This document shows, in pieces, positions 1 through 13,499 of a stretch of 64,000 bases of DNA. The stretch spans positions 1,426,001 to 1,490,000 of the forward strand of contig OU015570.1 of the NCBI GenBank assembly GCA_907165135.1, in the 5' to 3' direction. Position 1 is the stretch's first letter, and the number at the start of each line of letters is the position of its first letter. The translations under genes and the position numbers were made by a program. The notes below the pieces were generated by a model, which searched no databases, had not been told where the DNA came from, and saw only the letters and a list, made by a program, of their open reading frames with translations. This stretch comes from Oikopleura dioica (lineage: Eukaryota > Animalia > Chordata).

Positions 1-745
1 GACCCGTTTAGTCCCAGGAACAGCGGGTTCAGGATTCGTTTAGCTCGCGTGGAAGGTGGTTCGGCTGGTCTGAAAAAGCTTATTGCTCAAACAATGGCTG
101 AAGTTAGTCCTGAGGACATCGTGGACCACGCTTTATACTGCGGAAAACAGCTCTTGGGCGCGATCGCACCGTCATGGGTAAGTGAACAGTTGATATTTAT
201 CAGCCGGCCGCGTCAGATGTTATGAATCGGTCGAGCGCCCGGGGAAGATATGTCACGCGTGATAGAGTTTTAAGATCGACCCGCCGCTGAGCGGAACGCC
301 GAGCGAAGACGAAATCGCGGAATGGGTGGCCAGAGTCAACCAGGAAACGATCAAAACGCGAGAGGGGGCCTTGGAATTCATAAGCCAGCTCGAAGGGATG
401 AAAAACTGGTCTATTGATCAGACGATCTCCTACCTGAGGAATTGGTCGGAGAAGGCGAAGCTCACCAACGTCTTCGCGCTGGACCACCAAAGCGAAACGC
501 CCATCATAACGATCCAGAATAACGGAGAACTTAGAGCTTTGGGAATACGATGGAGCCAGGAAAATAACCGTTACCAGGTGGAGCGCGTGAGAAAGCCCAA
601 CTGGTGCTACAATTGGCGCGTAGTAACGGAAGGCCGGAACTTGGGCGAAGCAGACGGAGGTTTCCGCCCACCAAACGCGTACAAACGACCAGCTCCTTCG
701 CGACCCGGCTACGGAAAACGCGGTAGAGGTGGAATGCGCCGCTAA
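1..745 (+). CDS. Spliced ORF (5' end off-window) with RG-rich C-terminus; possibly the coiled-coil/RGG gene of a third YR-type element
   Basis: Frame is open 1-177. A GTAAGT..TAAG intron at 178-274 (phase 0) joins APSW|IDPPLSGT in frame with ORF 326-745, which ends RPGYGKRGRGGMRR. The family assignment rests only on resemblance to ORF-X tails in elements A and B. Confidence 0.45.
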
Positions 746-1161
746 AGGTATACACTTCGATAAAATGTGGGGGACGTAATGGTTGGTGTATGTCGGTGCT
801 ACCAGACGGTTCGCCCCGAGGAAGAGTACACCTACGCGGACCTCGTGTTGAGTACAACTCAGTGCTTTCGCGTTATTCGCGCTGAGCGTACCTAACTCGA
901 GGTAGAGAAACGGAAGTCCTGTTTTGGGCAAGTAAGAGATTGCCCCGGCTAACAGGTCTTTAGGTTTATCCTGTTCCTGGACCGCAGCTTCCTCCATCTT
1001 CTCCAACGCCGTCCAAGCCGCCGCTGTGATCGCCAAAGTCGTCACCGTGGTCGCACGCGTTTTACCTGAGAAGGTGGTTAACTGCTGTACAGAATAAACC
1101 AGTTTCGTAACGCCAGTTCTGGTCACGAGAGTGTTGATATTGCAGGTTTCGCAGGGGTAAA

Positions 1162-4119
1162 TTACGCAGAGAGATGAAGAGAGAAGTCATCGAGCAAGGT
1201 AAGGTAGTGGAGGAGTTTGTCTCCAACTGTGAGCTCGATGAGATCGACAAAAACTTTTGTATAGCATGCGTGAGAAGGTTTAAATGAAACGATGTCCTTT
1301 TTAGACTTAAATCTAGATGGCTGGACTATATTACAGTAGAGGCAGCCTCCAACTGCTTCTGCGATCGCTTGTGTCTTGTTTTCCAGCCAGATTGGCTCTG
1401 TTTTGAGCTTCTCTTCGATCGGTGCCTTGCCTGAATGGGCTGTGGCCACATGGTAAAAATTGACAAAATCCTTCGTGAGGGATTTTGGAATGATCGCGAG
1501 AAGATCACCTCTTTTAGTCGAGCGATATAGTAAGCCGTTATGCAATCTGAAAATAGTTTTGTCGATAGTCACTGATGATTTTTTGTGAAGCTTCTCACGA
1601 ATTTTCGAAAATTTATCAGACATCATCTGATGTTTTTTGATGGTTTCAATATCCACCACTGGTCGTTGTTGGCGGAAAATTTGTGTATTGAGCTGATTGA
1701 GAGTTTTATGCTCTTTAGTTATATTTTCAGGGTCAAAGAACCTTTTCTTGACCTTTCCGATTTCAAGGACAGGTAACCTGGAGAGTGCATCGGCGACCCC
1801 TATGAGCGGGTGCTCGCCTGGGATATAATGGACCGTACAAAGCGGATATTCAAGAAGCCTAGAAAAAGCAAGTCGCACTCTGCTGCTACCGGAGGTCTTC
1901 AGTTTGCACGAGTGCTTGGCACCTTCCAGGGACTTATGATCGCAAAGAAGCATAAATGGTCGGTCTTTTGGGATAAGATCCTCAAAAGCCTTAAGGCAAT
2001 GACCTAGTCCTATAAGTTCTCTGGCTCGACTTGACAGTAACTGTTCCTGCTTGTCGAGGGCGCGGCTAGCGTAGCCGGCGACGGTTATATTGGTAATAAC
2101 GTCCTCGTTTTTCGTTAGGTTGCCGATAATGCAACCTGTTCTTGTCAGCGACGTATCTGCGGCTAAAAATAGGCTGTCTGGGTCACCCTCAGAAGGATAT
2201 CTAAGATGGTCAACGCTGACGCCTTTCTTGATTTCCTCTTTCAGCTCGTCGATTCCTTTTGTTATGGTTTCATTCAGTTGGAATTCCTTTCCTTTCCCAA
2301 TTTCCTTTGTCAAGGGCTCAAGAAGCGCCGACATTTTGGGAATGAGTCTTGAGTAGTAGTTGAGGGAACCGATGAATCTCTGACCTTCCTTCTGGTTACG
2401 AGAATAGTCAAGGTCAAGTAGAGCTTTGACTTTCATATCGTCAGCTCTGATTCCATTTTCAGTAATTAAGAAACCAAGAAAGTTTGCTTCTTCTTTGAAA
2501 AATTCACATTTTTGGAGGGCAATGACTAGATTTTGGTCCGACATACGATGAAGGAGTCGGTCAACACATTTATTGTGAAATCTCTCGTTCACAATGATGA
2601 AAAAGTCATCAAGGTAATTGACAAGGAAGTAATCCTTGTTCATGCCCTCAGTTCCGCTCATGACTTTATTGATAAAATACTGGAAAGTTGCAGGGCTGCT
2701 GGAGAGTCCTTGTGACATCCGCTGATATCGAAATTGCTCTCCTCCGAAAAGGAAGCTTGTTACATCGCGGCTTTTTTCCCGGATGCTAATTGAGTAGAAA
2801 GCATTACGGACGTCCAGGCCGATAAAGTATATTTTTTCATGAGGGAAACGATTTTTGAGTGTCGTTATTGCGGAGCTTATTTTTGATAGGACCGATCGAA
2901 TCGGTAGTGACGGATATTTTGGAATGATCAGTCTGCTGTTAACACTGCGCGGCCCGCAACTTGAGTAATTATTAACGACACGAATGGAATTATCTTTCTT
3001 TTACACAAATAATACTGGAGAATTCCAGGCGGAACAAAATTCTTGGATAATTCCGGCGTCTTTAAGCTCTTTGAGCTTCTGCTCGACGCTTTCCTGCATG
3101 CTAATATCTATTTTATAAGGCTTAGTGTAGACTGGATCTGAATTGTCTTTCAATTTTAATTCCGTTAGGTAATGAGCCGAAAGTCCAGCCTCACTCACGT
3201 TTCGTGAGAATGACCAGCTGTATTTTTTGAGAATTTCTATCAAATTTGCCTTGTATTTACTTGGCACTTTTGCGCAGATCTCATAGATTTCTTTGTCTAA
3301 GGGGACTTTTCTAACAAGCTCATTCCGTCTTCTTCTCCATTTTCGTAGTTCTTTTTGGTGAGTGATACGCTCATATGGTTCGAGTTACTTTTCGGTAAGA
3401 AGAAAATTTAGGTCGATAGATCTTTTTGGAGCGATAAGAGCCCCGAGGGGTGCTCCCTTTTCGATAATAATTACTGAGTTAGATCAATTTTGAATTTCAA
3501 CAATTTTATTTTTTAACGATACAGGCATCTGCTTGACAAAAACGTCATTCTCAAGAAATACTTCTTCGGGGTGCAGTATTACTTTCGATTCCGGCGTAAA
3601 TGTCTTACGGATGCAAAAATATATTTTCCTATTGCTATGTGGCGATAATTCAGTATCACTTTGAGCTACAATTGTGTTTGGTAAAATTTGGTCTGTCTTT
3701 TCAAAAATAATAGTCGAAACAACATCTTTGTCTTTTTTGAAGATATTATTAATAAACTTAAGTTTATGGTGTCGAAAATCAATTTTGAAGAAAGATAAGC
3801 AGTTCATACCAAGAATAACATTATATCTTATTGGTTCCTCAAGAACATTTAGTGCAACATTAGGGATCTCAATATTAGAATTTTTAATGAATACATTGGC
3901 ATGCAAAACGTTATATACTGTGCTAATTTGTTCCTAAAATGCATTTGATATTATGTCAGGCTCCTCAAGCCTCGATATTTTCATGCCGTCGGGGATAACC
4001 CTTTTGTTAATGTAAGTTTCCCCTGCTCCAGTATCAACAAGGCAATTTGGCAGTTCTAGCTGTTTAATGGAGCCGTCATCTTGGTACTGCTTTAGAATGA
4101 TCGATGTTGTTGGAGCCAT
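1162..4119 (-). pseudogene. pol: pol polyprotein (protease, RT, RNase H, N-terminal part of integrase) with stops/frameshifts
   Basis: Protease LVDTGA. RT WNSPVLFV..RVVNNY..LDVRNAFYSI..MSQGL..YLDD (2605-2616). RNase H LAADTS..RELIGL..CDHKSL..ADALSR. Integrase zinc finger HVATAH..CLYC and KVFVDLIE. In-frame TAA at 3001. Confidence 0.92.
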
Positions 4120-6034
4120 GAGTTATTTTTGTTAAAGCCCCCTCTACGGCTGTCTGCGTTCTTTTTCTTGAAGCACTGGGAAATAACGTGTCCAGGCTTC
4201 TTACAGTAATTACTTTGGCCATTTGGCTTGAAGGATTTTTGATCCTTATTCTGCCATGGCTTTTGTGCATTTTGCTTTTTAGAACGACATTCAGGGGACT
4301 TCTGGCCTGGACGGCCACACGAGTAGCATTTTATCTGAGAATTCTTTTTCTCAGTTTTCTGGCGACCGTTTTTCTGGTCAAACTTAAGCTTGCGGCAGTC
4401 ACGTTTTATGTGATTTGCTTTACCGCAGTAATTACAGGTCTTTCCGAAATTGTTTAATGATTTTTTCCCATTATGAAAATTCTGGTTGGTTCTCCCTTTA
4501 AAGACATTGTTGATTTCTTGGAACTCGCCGTTTTTATATTTTAAATATAATTGAGAGCATTTATCGACAAGGTCCATTATTTCCTTCCTCTTATCTTTTC
4601 TATATTCAAGGAGCATTTCGGAATGTTGAATTTTCTTTGGAAGTTTGTCCAAAAAGTGTTGAAATGAGATAGCTTTCATGGCTTTGTCCGAAATTTGCTC
4701 TGTGATGGTGTTTTTTACGAGTTCTTTAACAGCGTAAAAGAAATTTCTAAGGTTTTTGTATTTATCCTCAATGAGGATTCCTCATCGAAGCGGATTTTTT
4801 TAAGCATGGATTCATATTCAAAACTGTCCTTTTTGCAGCATTTCGTTAATGTCTGCTCAAAAAGCTCTATTGTCATTTTATCCTCATCTTCCCCGAGCTG
4901 TGCCAGCTCAATTATGACAGTTCTTTGCAGGGGCTGTGGAAGATGGGTTGACATATGAGAGACTTGTTTCCATGCGTCTTTTACTCCTGCATAAAAAAGA
5001 ACAAACTTGCATTGCTTAATCCAAGATTTTATGTTATCCGTTTCGTGAAATTTTGGGAAGTTGTATTTGGTTGAGCTCGACATTTGATTAAGAGATATGT
5101 GGGCTCGATCATTTGAGGAACATTCTGAGTCGGAGTCACTATCCATAGACTCATCACCACTCGAAAGTGCTCTGATGCTTTTTTGTAATTCCTCCTCATG
5201 CTTGTCTTCAAGAATTGCTTCATCAAGGTTGTCGGGCCCTTTGCCGGGCATTTTCTCAATTTTAGTTTCCTCAATAATTTCATGCTGTGGCTTATCGACA
5301 ACAAGAAAAAAGTCCTCGACTTAAGTGTCGGAGGGGCTCGGAGCTTCTTCCTTGATGTCCTCATCCTGCTGAGGTTCTGCACTCACCATTTCTGATGCGA
5401 GTGATTTTTCTTTATCGGCCTCATCTTCCAGTTCCGCTACCGTTGTATTTAAATTCAAGTTTGAAAGGCTTTGGAGGGTTTCCTCAAGATCGTCCTCGGC
5501 TTCGGCGACCTTCTCTTGAAAATTTTGTACGGGCTCTATCTCGATATTATCGAGAATTCTATAATCGGCAATTTCTCCTTTAATGACTCCATTGAGTCGA
5601 TTGTTTACTGCGGCGAACCTGCTGTCAAGATTAATTTCGTCTTGAGTCTTTATGACAGTATAGTATTAGCCGAATTCCTCCGGCTTTTTTGTAATGCCGG
5701 CAACAAGGTTTCTCCAAGAGAAAATCGGAGATTTTTTGCGTACTGAACCGCCGATTGGAACGACGTAAACGGAACAGGATTTAGATTCGAGGCATATCAC
5801 CTCGAGGATAACAGCGGGAAAGCAAGCATCTATTCTTTGAAGGTGAGCAATAATTTGTGTATCTTCCGTTCTTTCGAAAATTGGGGTGCCTGAGTCAATT
5901 GCTACTGTTTTAATTACGACAGACCTTATGGGCTTTTCAATTTTAACGAAAACCGGTATTATATCTGACACACTTTTTGGGGATTTTCTAGTTAAAAATT
6001 TTTCGTATCTCGAAAGTTTTGGTGGATTAGACAT
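4092..6034 (-). pseudogene. gag: Long gag ORF broken by stops/frameshifts
   Basis: CNYCGKANHIKRDC, CYSCGRPGQKSPEC and a degenerate third knuckle (NYCKKPGHVISQC). Capsid-like FPKFHETDNIKSWIKQ. ORF 5666-6034 reads on in frame past a single TAA to about 5395. Confidence 0.75.
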
Positions 6035-6417
6035 ATTCTTACCTTTTTCGTAGTGGTTTCTTCGTTGAATGTGATGGATTCTTTACGGAAGCTACAAGAA
6101 GAGATCAAAAGAAGAAAAAGATCGATTTGTGGACAAGAGCTACTTTCGATGGCGAAAGTAGGGAATCAAACAGATAAGACTGAACGTTGTCAGTTAAGGT
6201 TCGTAACCTATATGACTATTGTAGTCCACACAGAAGTTTTTCCTCAATGTGTTGTTGAGGGTTCTTTTTATGTCCTTGCTTCCCTTTTTTCAGGTATAGG
6301 CTAAGACGGAGTTCGTGAAAAAACACGAGACTATTAAAAGAGTCCGTTAACGTAAATAAAAGCTTATTGGAAAGCCTGGGTCTACGATAACGTGGATTTC
6401 GAAACTTTAGTCACCAA

Positions 6418-6741
6418 TGTAACAAAGACACTTGATGTATGCACTAGAGTTCGAAAGTCCTGCTCTGTTTTTATCCTAGGGCTTCAGCGAAAATACACGG
6501 ATGTACTCGCTTGACTACTAGCAGTTAATAAAGGTGAACAAGCCTTAGTACGAAAGAGTAGATTCGTAGGGCTTGGTGGAGGAGAACTGGTCTGAGGTAT
6601 AGAGTTCTATCGTCTTGTTTGCTGTTGGTTGGTTTGCAAGTTGTTTTAGTTGCTGTTGTTTGTTGCGAAGTCAGTAAAAAGTCAAGTTATTTTGTTTTTT
6701 GGGTTTCAAGTTAATGAATTAATTTATTCCGAATTGTTACA
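6418..6741 (-). repeat. 5' LTR (324 bp) of the gypsy element
   Basis: Ends are TGTAACA..TGTTACA (7-bp inverted). Immediately followed on the minus strand by TTGGTGACTAAAG (PBS-like, 6405-6417). Confidence 0.85.
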
Positions 6742-6986
6742 GTTTTTATAGGAGATATGAGGATTCTAAAAATGTATGACTCATCACCATACGAGTTGGG
6801 AATAGGATTCTAGAGCCGTTTAAAGTTCCAAAAAATAAAATTTTTAGTTTTTTCTTTTTGTTAAAAATGAGTGCCCAACGGGGTTTTAAGGCACGCAGAT
6901 TTCAAAAAATATTGTCTCAAAAGCGCCCGCGGGCATTTTTCATTGATATAAATGATTCCCCCCATCATATTTAATTTATATCCGAA

Positions 6987-7140
6987 GGGCCGTTTCCCCC
7001 CCTCCCCTGGCTTTAAATTTAATTTGGGCTTGACGGCCCAAAGGGCCGTTTCCCCCTCCCCTGGCTTTAAATTAATTTGGGCTTGACGGCCCAAAGGGCC
7101 GTTTCCCCCCCTCCCCTGGCTTTAAATTCTATTTGGGCTT
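6987..7140. repeat. About 54-bp minisatellite, 3 units, with GACGGCCC-AAA-GGGCCGT hairpin
   Basis: Three near-identical units; reverse-complement homologue of the array at 27273-27603. Confidence 0.9.
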
Positions 7141-8786
7141 GATATAGGCAGGAAAGTCTAACCTTTCAAAATAGGAAGATACAAGACTGAGTTTATCAAT
7201 TTCAGTTTTGTCCCCAACCCCACCCTCACTCATCATTCATTTAATTTAAATTGTTCCTTTTTAAATCATAATTATGGTTCCTATTCAATTGAAGATCTTT
7301 TCTTCTTTATTTGGGATAAGACTGGCCCTTCAGAAACCCAGAATGCCAATATTTAAAAATGGAGTTGATTATTAAAAAACATTTTCATTATTGCACCACC
7401 AAGTTTGCACCAAAACACCAAAATAATATGCATCATTAATTTTTGTTTTTAAGTAAATTTAATTTTGTTTTTAATTAAGGTTACTTATATTATGAATTCG
7501 AAGTTCATATGTTTTAAGTAAGAGCACCACCAAAAATGCATTTTTACACCATAAAATCCGGTTTTTGAAAGATTTTTTGAAGAATGATTCAAGACTGAAG
7601 TAATCTGAGGTCACTGAATGAAAGAGTCAACGCTTTCTAAGCAAGTATCTTCAAGCAAAAGTCCTCCGGAGGACTTTCCCAAGGCTGAAATACCGTATTT
7701 CAACCTCGAAATCCTTAAATATCTTACGATTCCCAACTCGGCAAAGAGTGATTGACACTTCTATCTGTAGATAAGCGTCTGCGCTATTATAATCAAGAAA
7801 GTTTTTCGCTTCAAGTTGAGGTTTACTGTATTAAATTCTTGATTGAAACTTATGGAAAGGTAAAATTTTGGCGTTTCTTGAACTTTGAACTGGAAATTTT
7901 CCAAGAAAATACCGATGAAATTCCATCAAAGACCTCTATAAATGAAGCTCAGAGTCTATTCTTCAGGTTTAATAATCAAGCGATCAAAAAATTTGACTAC
8001 AGTAAAATTTTTCTTAATAAAAACAATGATAACCCAAAATAACTCTCAAAAATCCTAAAAATTGCCTGTAAATTTTTTCTTGTTGGGTTTCACTGTAATG
8101 GAATAAAATATGTTTTTTTGGCCTAGGGAATTCGATAAAAGTGAAATGGGCTTATAAAAAAATCTGACCCTGATCCATGTCGGACCCTACTATAGACAGT
8201 TTCAACTATAAAAGGTTCTTTATAACATATTTGAAAGAAATTCCAAGAAAATGTTTACGAAAAATACCTGATCTTCCCCATTTCTCGCCTGTTTTCCGGC
8301 AATTTTTTTGCAGGCCTGTTTCACTTTTACAGGGCTGTTCCTGTATACAGGCGTGTTTTCCTGTATTTCCTGTATTTCCTGTCAACAGGCCTGTTTACAG
8401 GTTTATTTTGGTCTCGAAATGCAAGACAGGAAACAAGACAGGGTCCAAAAAACAGGAAACACGACCTGTTTCAGGTTTTTAGACAGGTCAGTATTCCGAG
8501 GCCAGCCCTAATTAGAGCTGAGCTGAGCTGAACTGAGCTGTTTAGCTCACCCAGTTTTTAGTAGTAAAATTGTCTTAAAATCATTTAGCTGAGCTGAGCT
8601 GTGATGAGCGATATTTGTCTGAGCTGAGCTGAGCAACAAATTTGCAACTCTGCTTTAAGCAGAAAATTTCGCTAATATTACTGCCCTGTTAAAACTAGAC
8701 ATTAAAAGTCTTTTTTGACATCAGATTCGGATTCCTCGCATCAAAAAACCCTACTAGAGAGATTTTCAGCCAATTCAGTTTTTCTC

Positions 8787-9479
8787 GGATACACGACGTT
8801 TTCCTCAAACCGACGTTCTCCTCAACCGACGTTTTCGTTAAACCGACACTCTCCTCAATGATCAAAACATCGGTTTGATCAAAACGTCGGTTGATCAAAA
8901 CGTCGGTTTTCCCTAAAAATGCGGGGGCACTCAGAGCGAATGAGAATAGGTTCTTTCTGGGTTTAAAATCTTGTCTAAAACCCGATGTCTTACTAAAGCC
9001 GACATTTTCATTATATTGTGTATCTTGGATAATGATAACAAAATAAATTATTTGGAAAAAATAAAAAGTAGAAAAAAATTAAATATTATTTAGAGTCGAT
9101 ATGTTTATCGGATAGAAATTATTCTACATTATTTATTTAATAAAAATGATCTTCTTACATTTTATCTATCTTGAGATCAATTTTAAGAGATTTATTTTAA
9201 TTGAATTAATTCATTAAATGAAAAAATCAGTATTCTTATCATTTTACTCTTCATAACTTAAGGTTCAAAAGATAATGAAAACGTCGGTTTGAGGAAAACG
9301 TCGGATTTCAAACTGAGTCTCAACCAAATTTAAGGCGCCCACGCATATTTAGGGAGAACCAACGTTTTCATTAAACCGACGTTTTGATCAAACCGACGTT
9401 CTGACCACTGAGGAGAACGTCGGTTTAACGAAAACGTCGGTTGAGGAGAACGTCGGTTTGAGGAAAACGTCGTGTATCC
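8787..9479. mobile_element. Mutator/foldback-type non-autonomous element
   Basis: Long TIRs GGATACACGACGTTTTCC.. built from AAAACGTCGGTT modules (about 60 bp perfect). Exact 9-bp TSD GTTTTTCTC at 8778-8786 and 9480-9488. Confidence 0.88.
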
Positions 9480-10453
9480 GTTTTTCTCCCACCATATCGC
9501 CGAATATGCTCATCCGGGGGTCGAGCTTGATTTAATTGAGCAGCTCAACTCGCTCATAATGTTTGCAAATCAGCTCAGCCATCACACGCCGAGACTAGCC
9601 TCGCCACCGTCGAGTTGGGCCGAGCTGCTGCCTCTGCGGGAGTTTGAACTTGGCGGTGGTCATCTTGCATCTCCCTGCCTCGGCCTGGCGTCTTCACCCA
9701 CCGAGAGTATGGACCATATTGGATCCTTGGCAAATTGCGGACTACCCCATTCAGGGGACTCCCGGACTATGCCGCGAATGTCGCAAAGGTCTCGAATGTC
9801 GCAAATTTCGCGAAAGTCGCGAATGTCGCAGCAAAAAGAAAATAATAAAATTGAAAACATAAACACTGAATCGCGGAAATTTCGCAAATCTTGACCTACC
9901 ATGATTATCATTTCTGAGTGACGGGACAATCAGGGCCGCCCACGCAATTTTCGCTCGTTCGGACAAATTTTGCATTGTAAAATGTCCAAACGGCTTGAGA
10001 GTCCGTGACTGTCCGTCATTCAGGAATGATAATCGTCTCAAGAATCTGCCTTCAATATCCTGAAATTCGATGAAAGATATTTTATGAAAGCATTTTTCAA
10101 GCTCTTTCATTTTATATGTGATTCGTTTTTGTGAGTCTTTGTGATCAAAAATGCCAGCCGAAAAACCTCAATTTGAGACAAAAATTTATCACGTGAAAAA
10201 ATTTTCAAAAAAATTCTTGGTTCAAAAATATGTCTTGACTATAATATTCAACTTACAAAACAGAAGATGGATAAATAAGGGGGCTGAAAAATCGCCTTTT
10301 TATTTCAGCGGGTACCTAATGTATAGTATATTAGGGCCTAATTAGGATAAATGGGCCTCCTAGAAGTTATTTTTCCCCGAAGTTATCTTACGTTACATAA
10401 GTTATGTTACATAACTTATGTATGAAGTTATCTTATATATAATATACCCTTAA

Positions 10454-11128
10454 GGGATCCCCCTGTTTTTTCAAGTGCTTCATAAAGGTCTGTATTTGAT
10501 ATTTTCAGATTCCTCGTGTTCTGAGGATCATTTTGATGTATCATATGACCCCTTTACGAACATATTTCCTCAAAATATTAGCCTTCAAAATTTCGAAAAT
10601 GCATGTAAATTGTACTTAGCGTAAAAATCGAATTTTTTCGGTTTTTCAATGTCATCGAAATAAGACATATAAGGGGTCTATCGAAAGCTTAGAACGCACA
10701 GAAAAAGAATATAATAACCGCACTGGAAATATCAGCCTTATATTGGCGCTAGAGAGCAAAAACACTAAAAACGCAATAAATGGGTACATTTGGTTGTTCT
10801 TAAGAAAAATTTTTTATTACTTGACCAAATCACTTCTCTGTACTAGAGATTAAAGATTAGGCTTCATTCTATCTGAATCTTGTTTTAGATCGTGTTTATC
10901 TAAGCCCAAATTGGCTGAATTTCGAATCAAAAATGGCCTAAAATGGCCTTTTTTGGAAATTTTCGAACTTTGACGCCTCCTAGTGGAAGGTTTGCCTTGA
11001 GCAAAAACTTCTCTGTACTAGAGAATAGCGGATAGCACCTGGGCTATCCGTAGAGCTATTATACGCCCCAATTCATCAGCCCAAATCGGCTGAATTTCCA
11101 GTTGAAAATGGCCAAAACGGGGGATCCC
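10454..11128. mobile_element. Kolobok-type MITE
   Basis: TTAA|GGGATCCCC ... GGGGATCCC|TTAA. Confidence 0.75.
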
Positions 11129-11514
11129 TTAATTTAATTGGAATTTATAAATTCAACCCTCGACTACAATCGTTTCCCTTATGATGATATCTCGATCAAC
11201 AACAGGCGGTTAAAGATCAGGTTGATAGGATCAAGCTTTTTCAGGGATTTTAGTTGAGGAAAACCTCTAATTTTTCAAGAGAAAGGTTTAGCTTTAGCCT
11301 TAACGCCCTAAGCTACAACCGTTTCCAAATATTGCCAAAATACTCGTTATTCTGCTACTCGTAATTTCCAGAGTCGACTGTACAACTTAACTAAAATAAA
11401 AATCCTTTCCGTCTCTAAACCTAAATAATTGAATTAACTTTAGACATCGCTTATGACAACAGTTGGTTTCCAAATTTCCGGAGTCCAAATTTCCTGACAT
11501 TTTTCAGATTTTAA

Positions 11515-12195
11515 GGGATCCCCCGATTTTTCAAGTCTTTATGACGGGTGTCTTTGCGGCATTTTTAGAATCCCCGTGTTCTGAGGGTCATTTTGATATA
11601 TTATATGTCCCCCTTACGAGCATCTTTACCCAAAATTTTGACCCTTGAAAATCCTAAAAATGCATGTAATTTGTACTTAGCGTGAAAATCGCAATTTTTT
11701 CGACTTTTCGATGTCATCGAAAATAGACGTGTAAGGGGTCTTTCGAACGCTTACAGTGCACTGAGTAAGAATCTGATAACCGCATTCGGATTTTCGGCCA
11801 TATATCGGCGCTAGAGAGCAATTTAGAGCCTGAAAAGGGCCAAAATGGCATCAAAAAGTTTTTCTTAAGAAAAATTTTTCTTACTTCACCAAACGATTTC
11901 TCTGTTCTAGAGATTGTAGATGAGGGATCAAGAAAGATAATAAAAATTGATTTAGGGCTCTATATAAGAGCAAAAAAAAAACTAGTTCGACTTTGAAAAA
12001 GGCCCAAAACGGGGGTTTTCGCGAGTATCTATGTATTCAGCCCGCTTTTTCGAGGTGTTTCCCCTTATGAAAATTTTTTTCTGTACTAGAGTTTGTTCAT
12101 TGAGAAACGGGCTTCAAAATGAGCCATTAACCATTTAAAAAGCTAAGTCCAGAAAAAAGTAGTTCGACGTCAAAGTTGGCGAAATCGGGGGTCCC
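11515..12195. mobile_element. Kolobok-type MITE (same family as 40518-41184)
   Basis: TTAA|GGGATCCCCCG ... CGGGGGTCCC|TTAA; internal similarity to the 40.5-41.2 kb copy. Confidence 0.78.
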
Positions 12196-12599
12196 TTAAG
12201 GCATCTTAGTGGGACACTACAAAATCGACCATTGTCCAAATTTCCGGACTTTTTCAAAATTGTATTGATTACCGATCATTTTCTCTAAAAAAGGAATCAA
12301 TTTACTTCAATTTACTTCTTTTTGGGCGCAAGCTGAGCTTGTTCGCGAGGTTGAAGAAGAAGAGTAAAAACTTAGGGTCATTAAGTGGTTTTTCTTTCAT
12401 AATCTCTTTGTATTGACCCTGTAGCAATGCTTTTTAAGAATACTTGGTGGGACATAAAACTTTTTCCGGTGACGCAAATTTCCGGACATTTTTTGGAAAC
12501 CAGGGGACAAAATTAGTCCGAAAATAAGGAAACCAACTGTATTTAATGATCTTACCCTAATTGGGCGCTTCTTATTCCTGAAACTACACATCAAATCAT

Positions 12600-12860
12600 A
12601 ATTTATTAATGAAAATTCACTAATTATGACCTTCATGCGGTAAATTGCCCTGATCCTCCTTGATTCCTTCAAGCTTGATTTATCCTGCCATTCATTCTTT
12701 CAACGCAATTCGACTTTTTGTCTAGAAAAACATCTGTGTCAAGCAAAATGTCGTCCAAACGAAGAAAGTCCTTGTGTTGAGAGAATCTAGTCCTAAGTGA
12801 AGCTAAAATTTTATCTATTTTACTAACCATATCTAAATGAAGCTCTTTATCTTCTTAATA
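12600..12860 (-). pseudogene. Possible DDE transposase fragment
   Basis: Hand translation EDKELHLDMVSKIDKILASLRTRFSQHKDFLRLDDILLDTDVFLDKKSNCVERMNGRINQA; SNxVERxNGxI resembles a third-catalytic-Glu motif. Confidence 0.25.
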
Positions 12861-13133
12861 AACTGTGTTTCTATTCCTAGTTATAATATAATCTTTTAAC
12901 GAAAGAACATAATCCCTATGTATAAGCACTTATTCACTGCAAATTGTATAAACATTATGAAGAGGCCCTGCTTTCAAGTAATAGACACCCGCTCCGCGGG
13001 TTTACTGGAAGGAATTTCAAAAGGATAAATAACAATAACAAAAGAATCTCTAAATTTTTAAAAAGAAACATGTTTTCGTGACATTCGTTACATTCGTGAC
13101 ATTCGTGACTTTTTCAGCACTGTCGGAAAATAG

Positions 13134-13499
13134 TCAGCGCTGTTTTTCACACTCCGAATTTAATGCTTGGTGGTCGGTTTTCCCGACCCCGTGTTTTGAG
13201 CGCTTAGTCGCCCGCCCGTGTATTGAGAAGTTAAACTTACCTTTCCAGCAATTTTCGATAAGGTTGGCATTTGGATTTGTGGTCTTCAAAGAATATTCTG
13301 AAGAAAAACCACTTGTTGATATCTTGAGCAACTTTCGCGTTTCTCCATTCGGCGTCTTGATATGCAGCTCATTGTCAAGTTTTAATAATGAAGCTTTTAC
13401 TTTAACTGGGAATTTCTTGCCTTCGTCGTCATAGATGTCCGCACTTTGACCTTTCTGGAGCTTTTTTACCCGCTTAGTCCGGTCATTTTCGTCATCCAC
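13134..13499 (-). CDS. Unassigned 121-aa ORF fragment
   Basis: Protein-like composition, no motif recognised. Confidence 0.25.
   Translation of the reverse strand: MDDENDRTKRVKKLQKGQSADIYDDEGKKFPVKVKASLLKLDNELHIKTPNGETRKLLKISTSGFSSEYSLKTTNPNANLIENCWKGKFNFSIHGRATKRSKHGVGKTDHQALNSECEKQR

Larger units (their letters stand above)
1130..6741 (-). mobile_element. Ty3/gypsy LTR retrotransposon (Tor-like), decayed, truncated inside integrase
   Basis: 5' LTR plus PBS, gag with CCHC knuckles, then PR-RT-RH-IN order. No 3' LTR; left end approximate. Confidence 0.92.

Noticed and set aside
200-1126. 308-aa minus-strand ORF
   Set aside because: It overlaps the spliced plus-strand gene, and its 5' part is the in-register antisense of a plus-strand stretch with strongly coding-like codons; probably a shadow ORF, though not excluded.
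7600-8042. Protein-like fragments in AT-rich sequence
   Set aside because: No motif, multiple stops, no supportable gene model.
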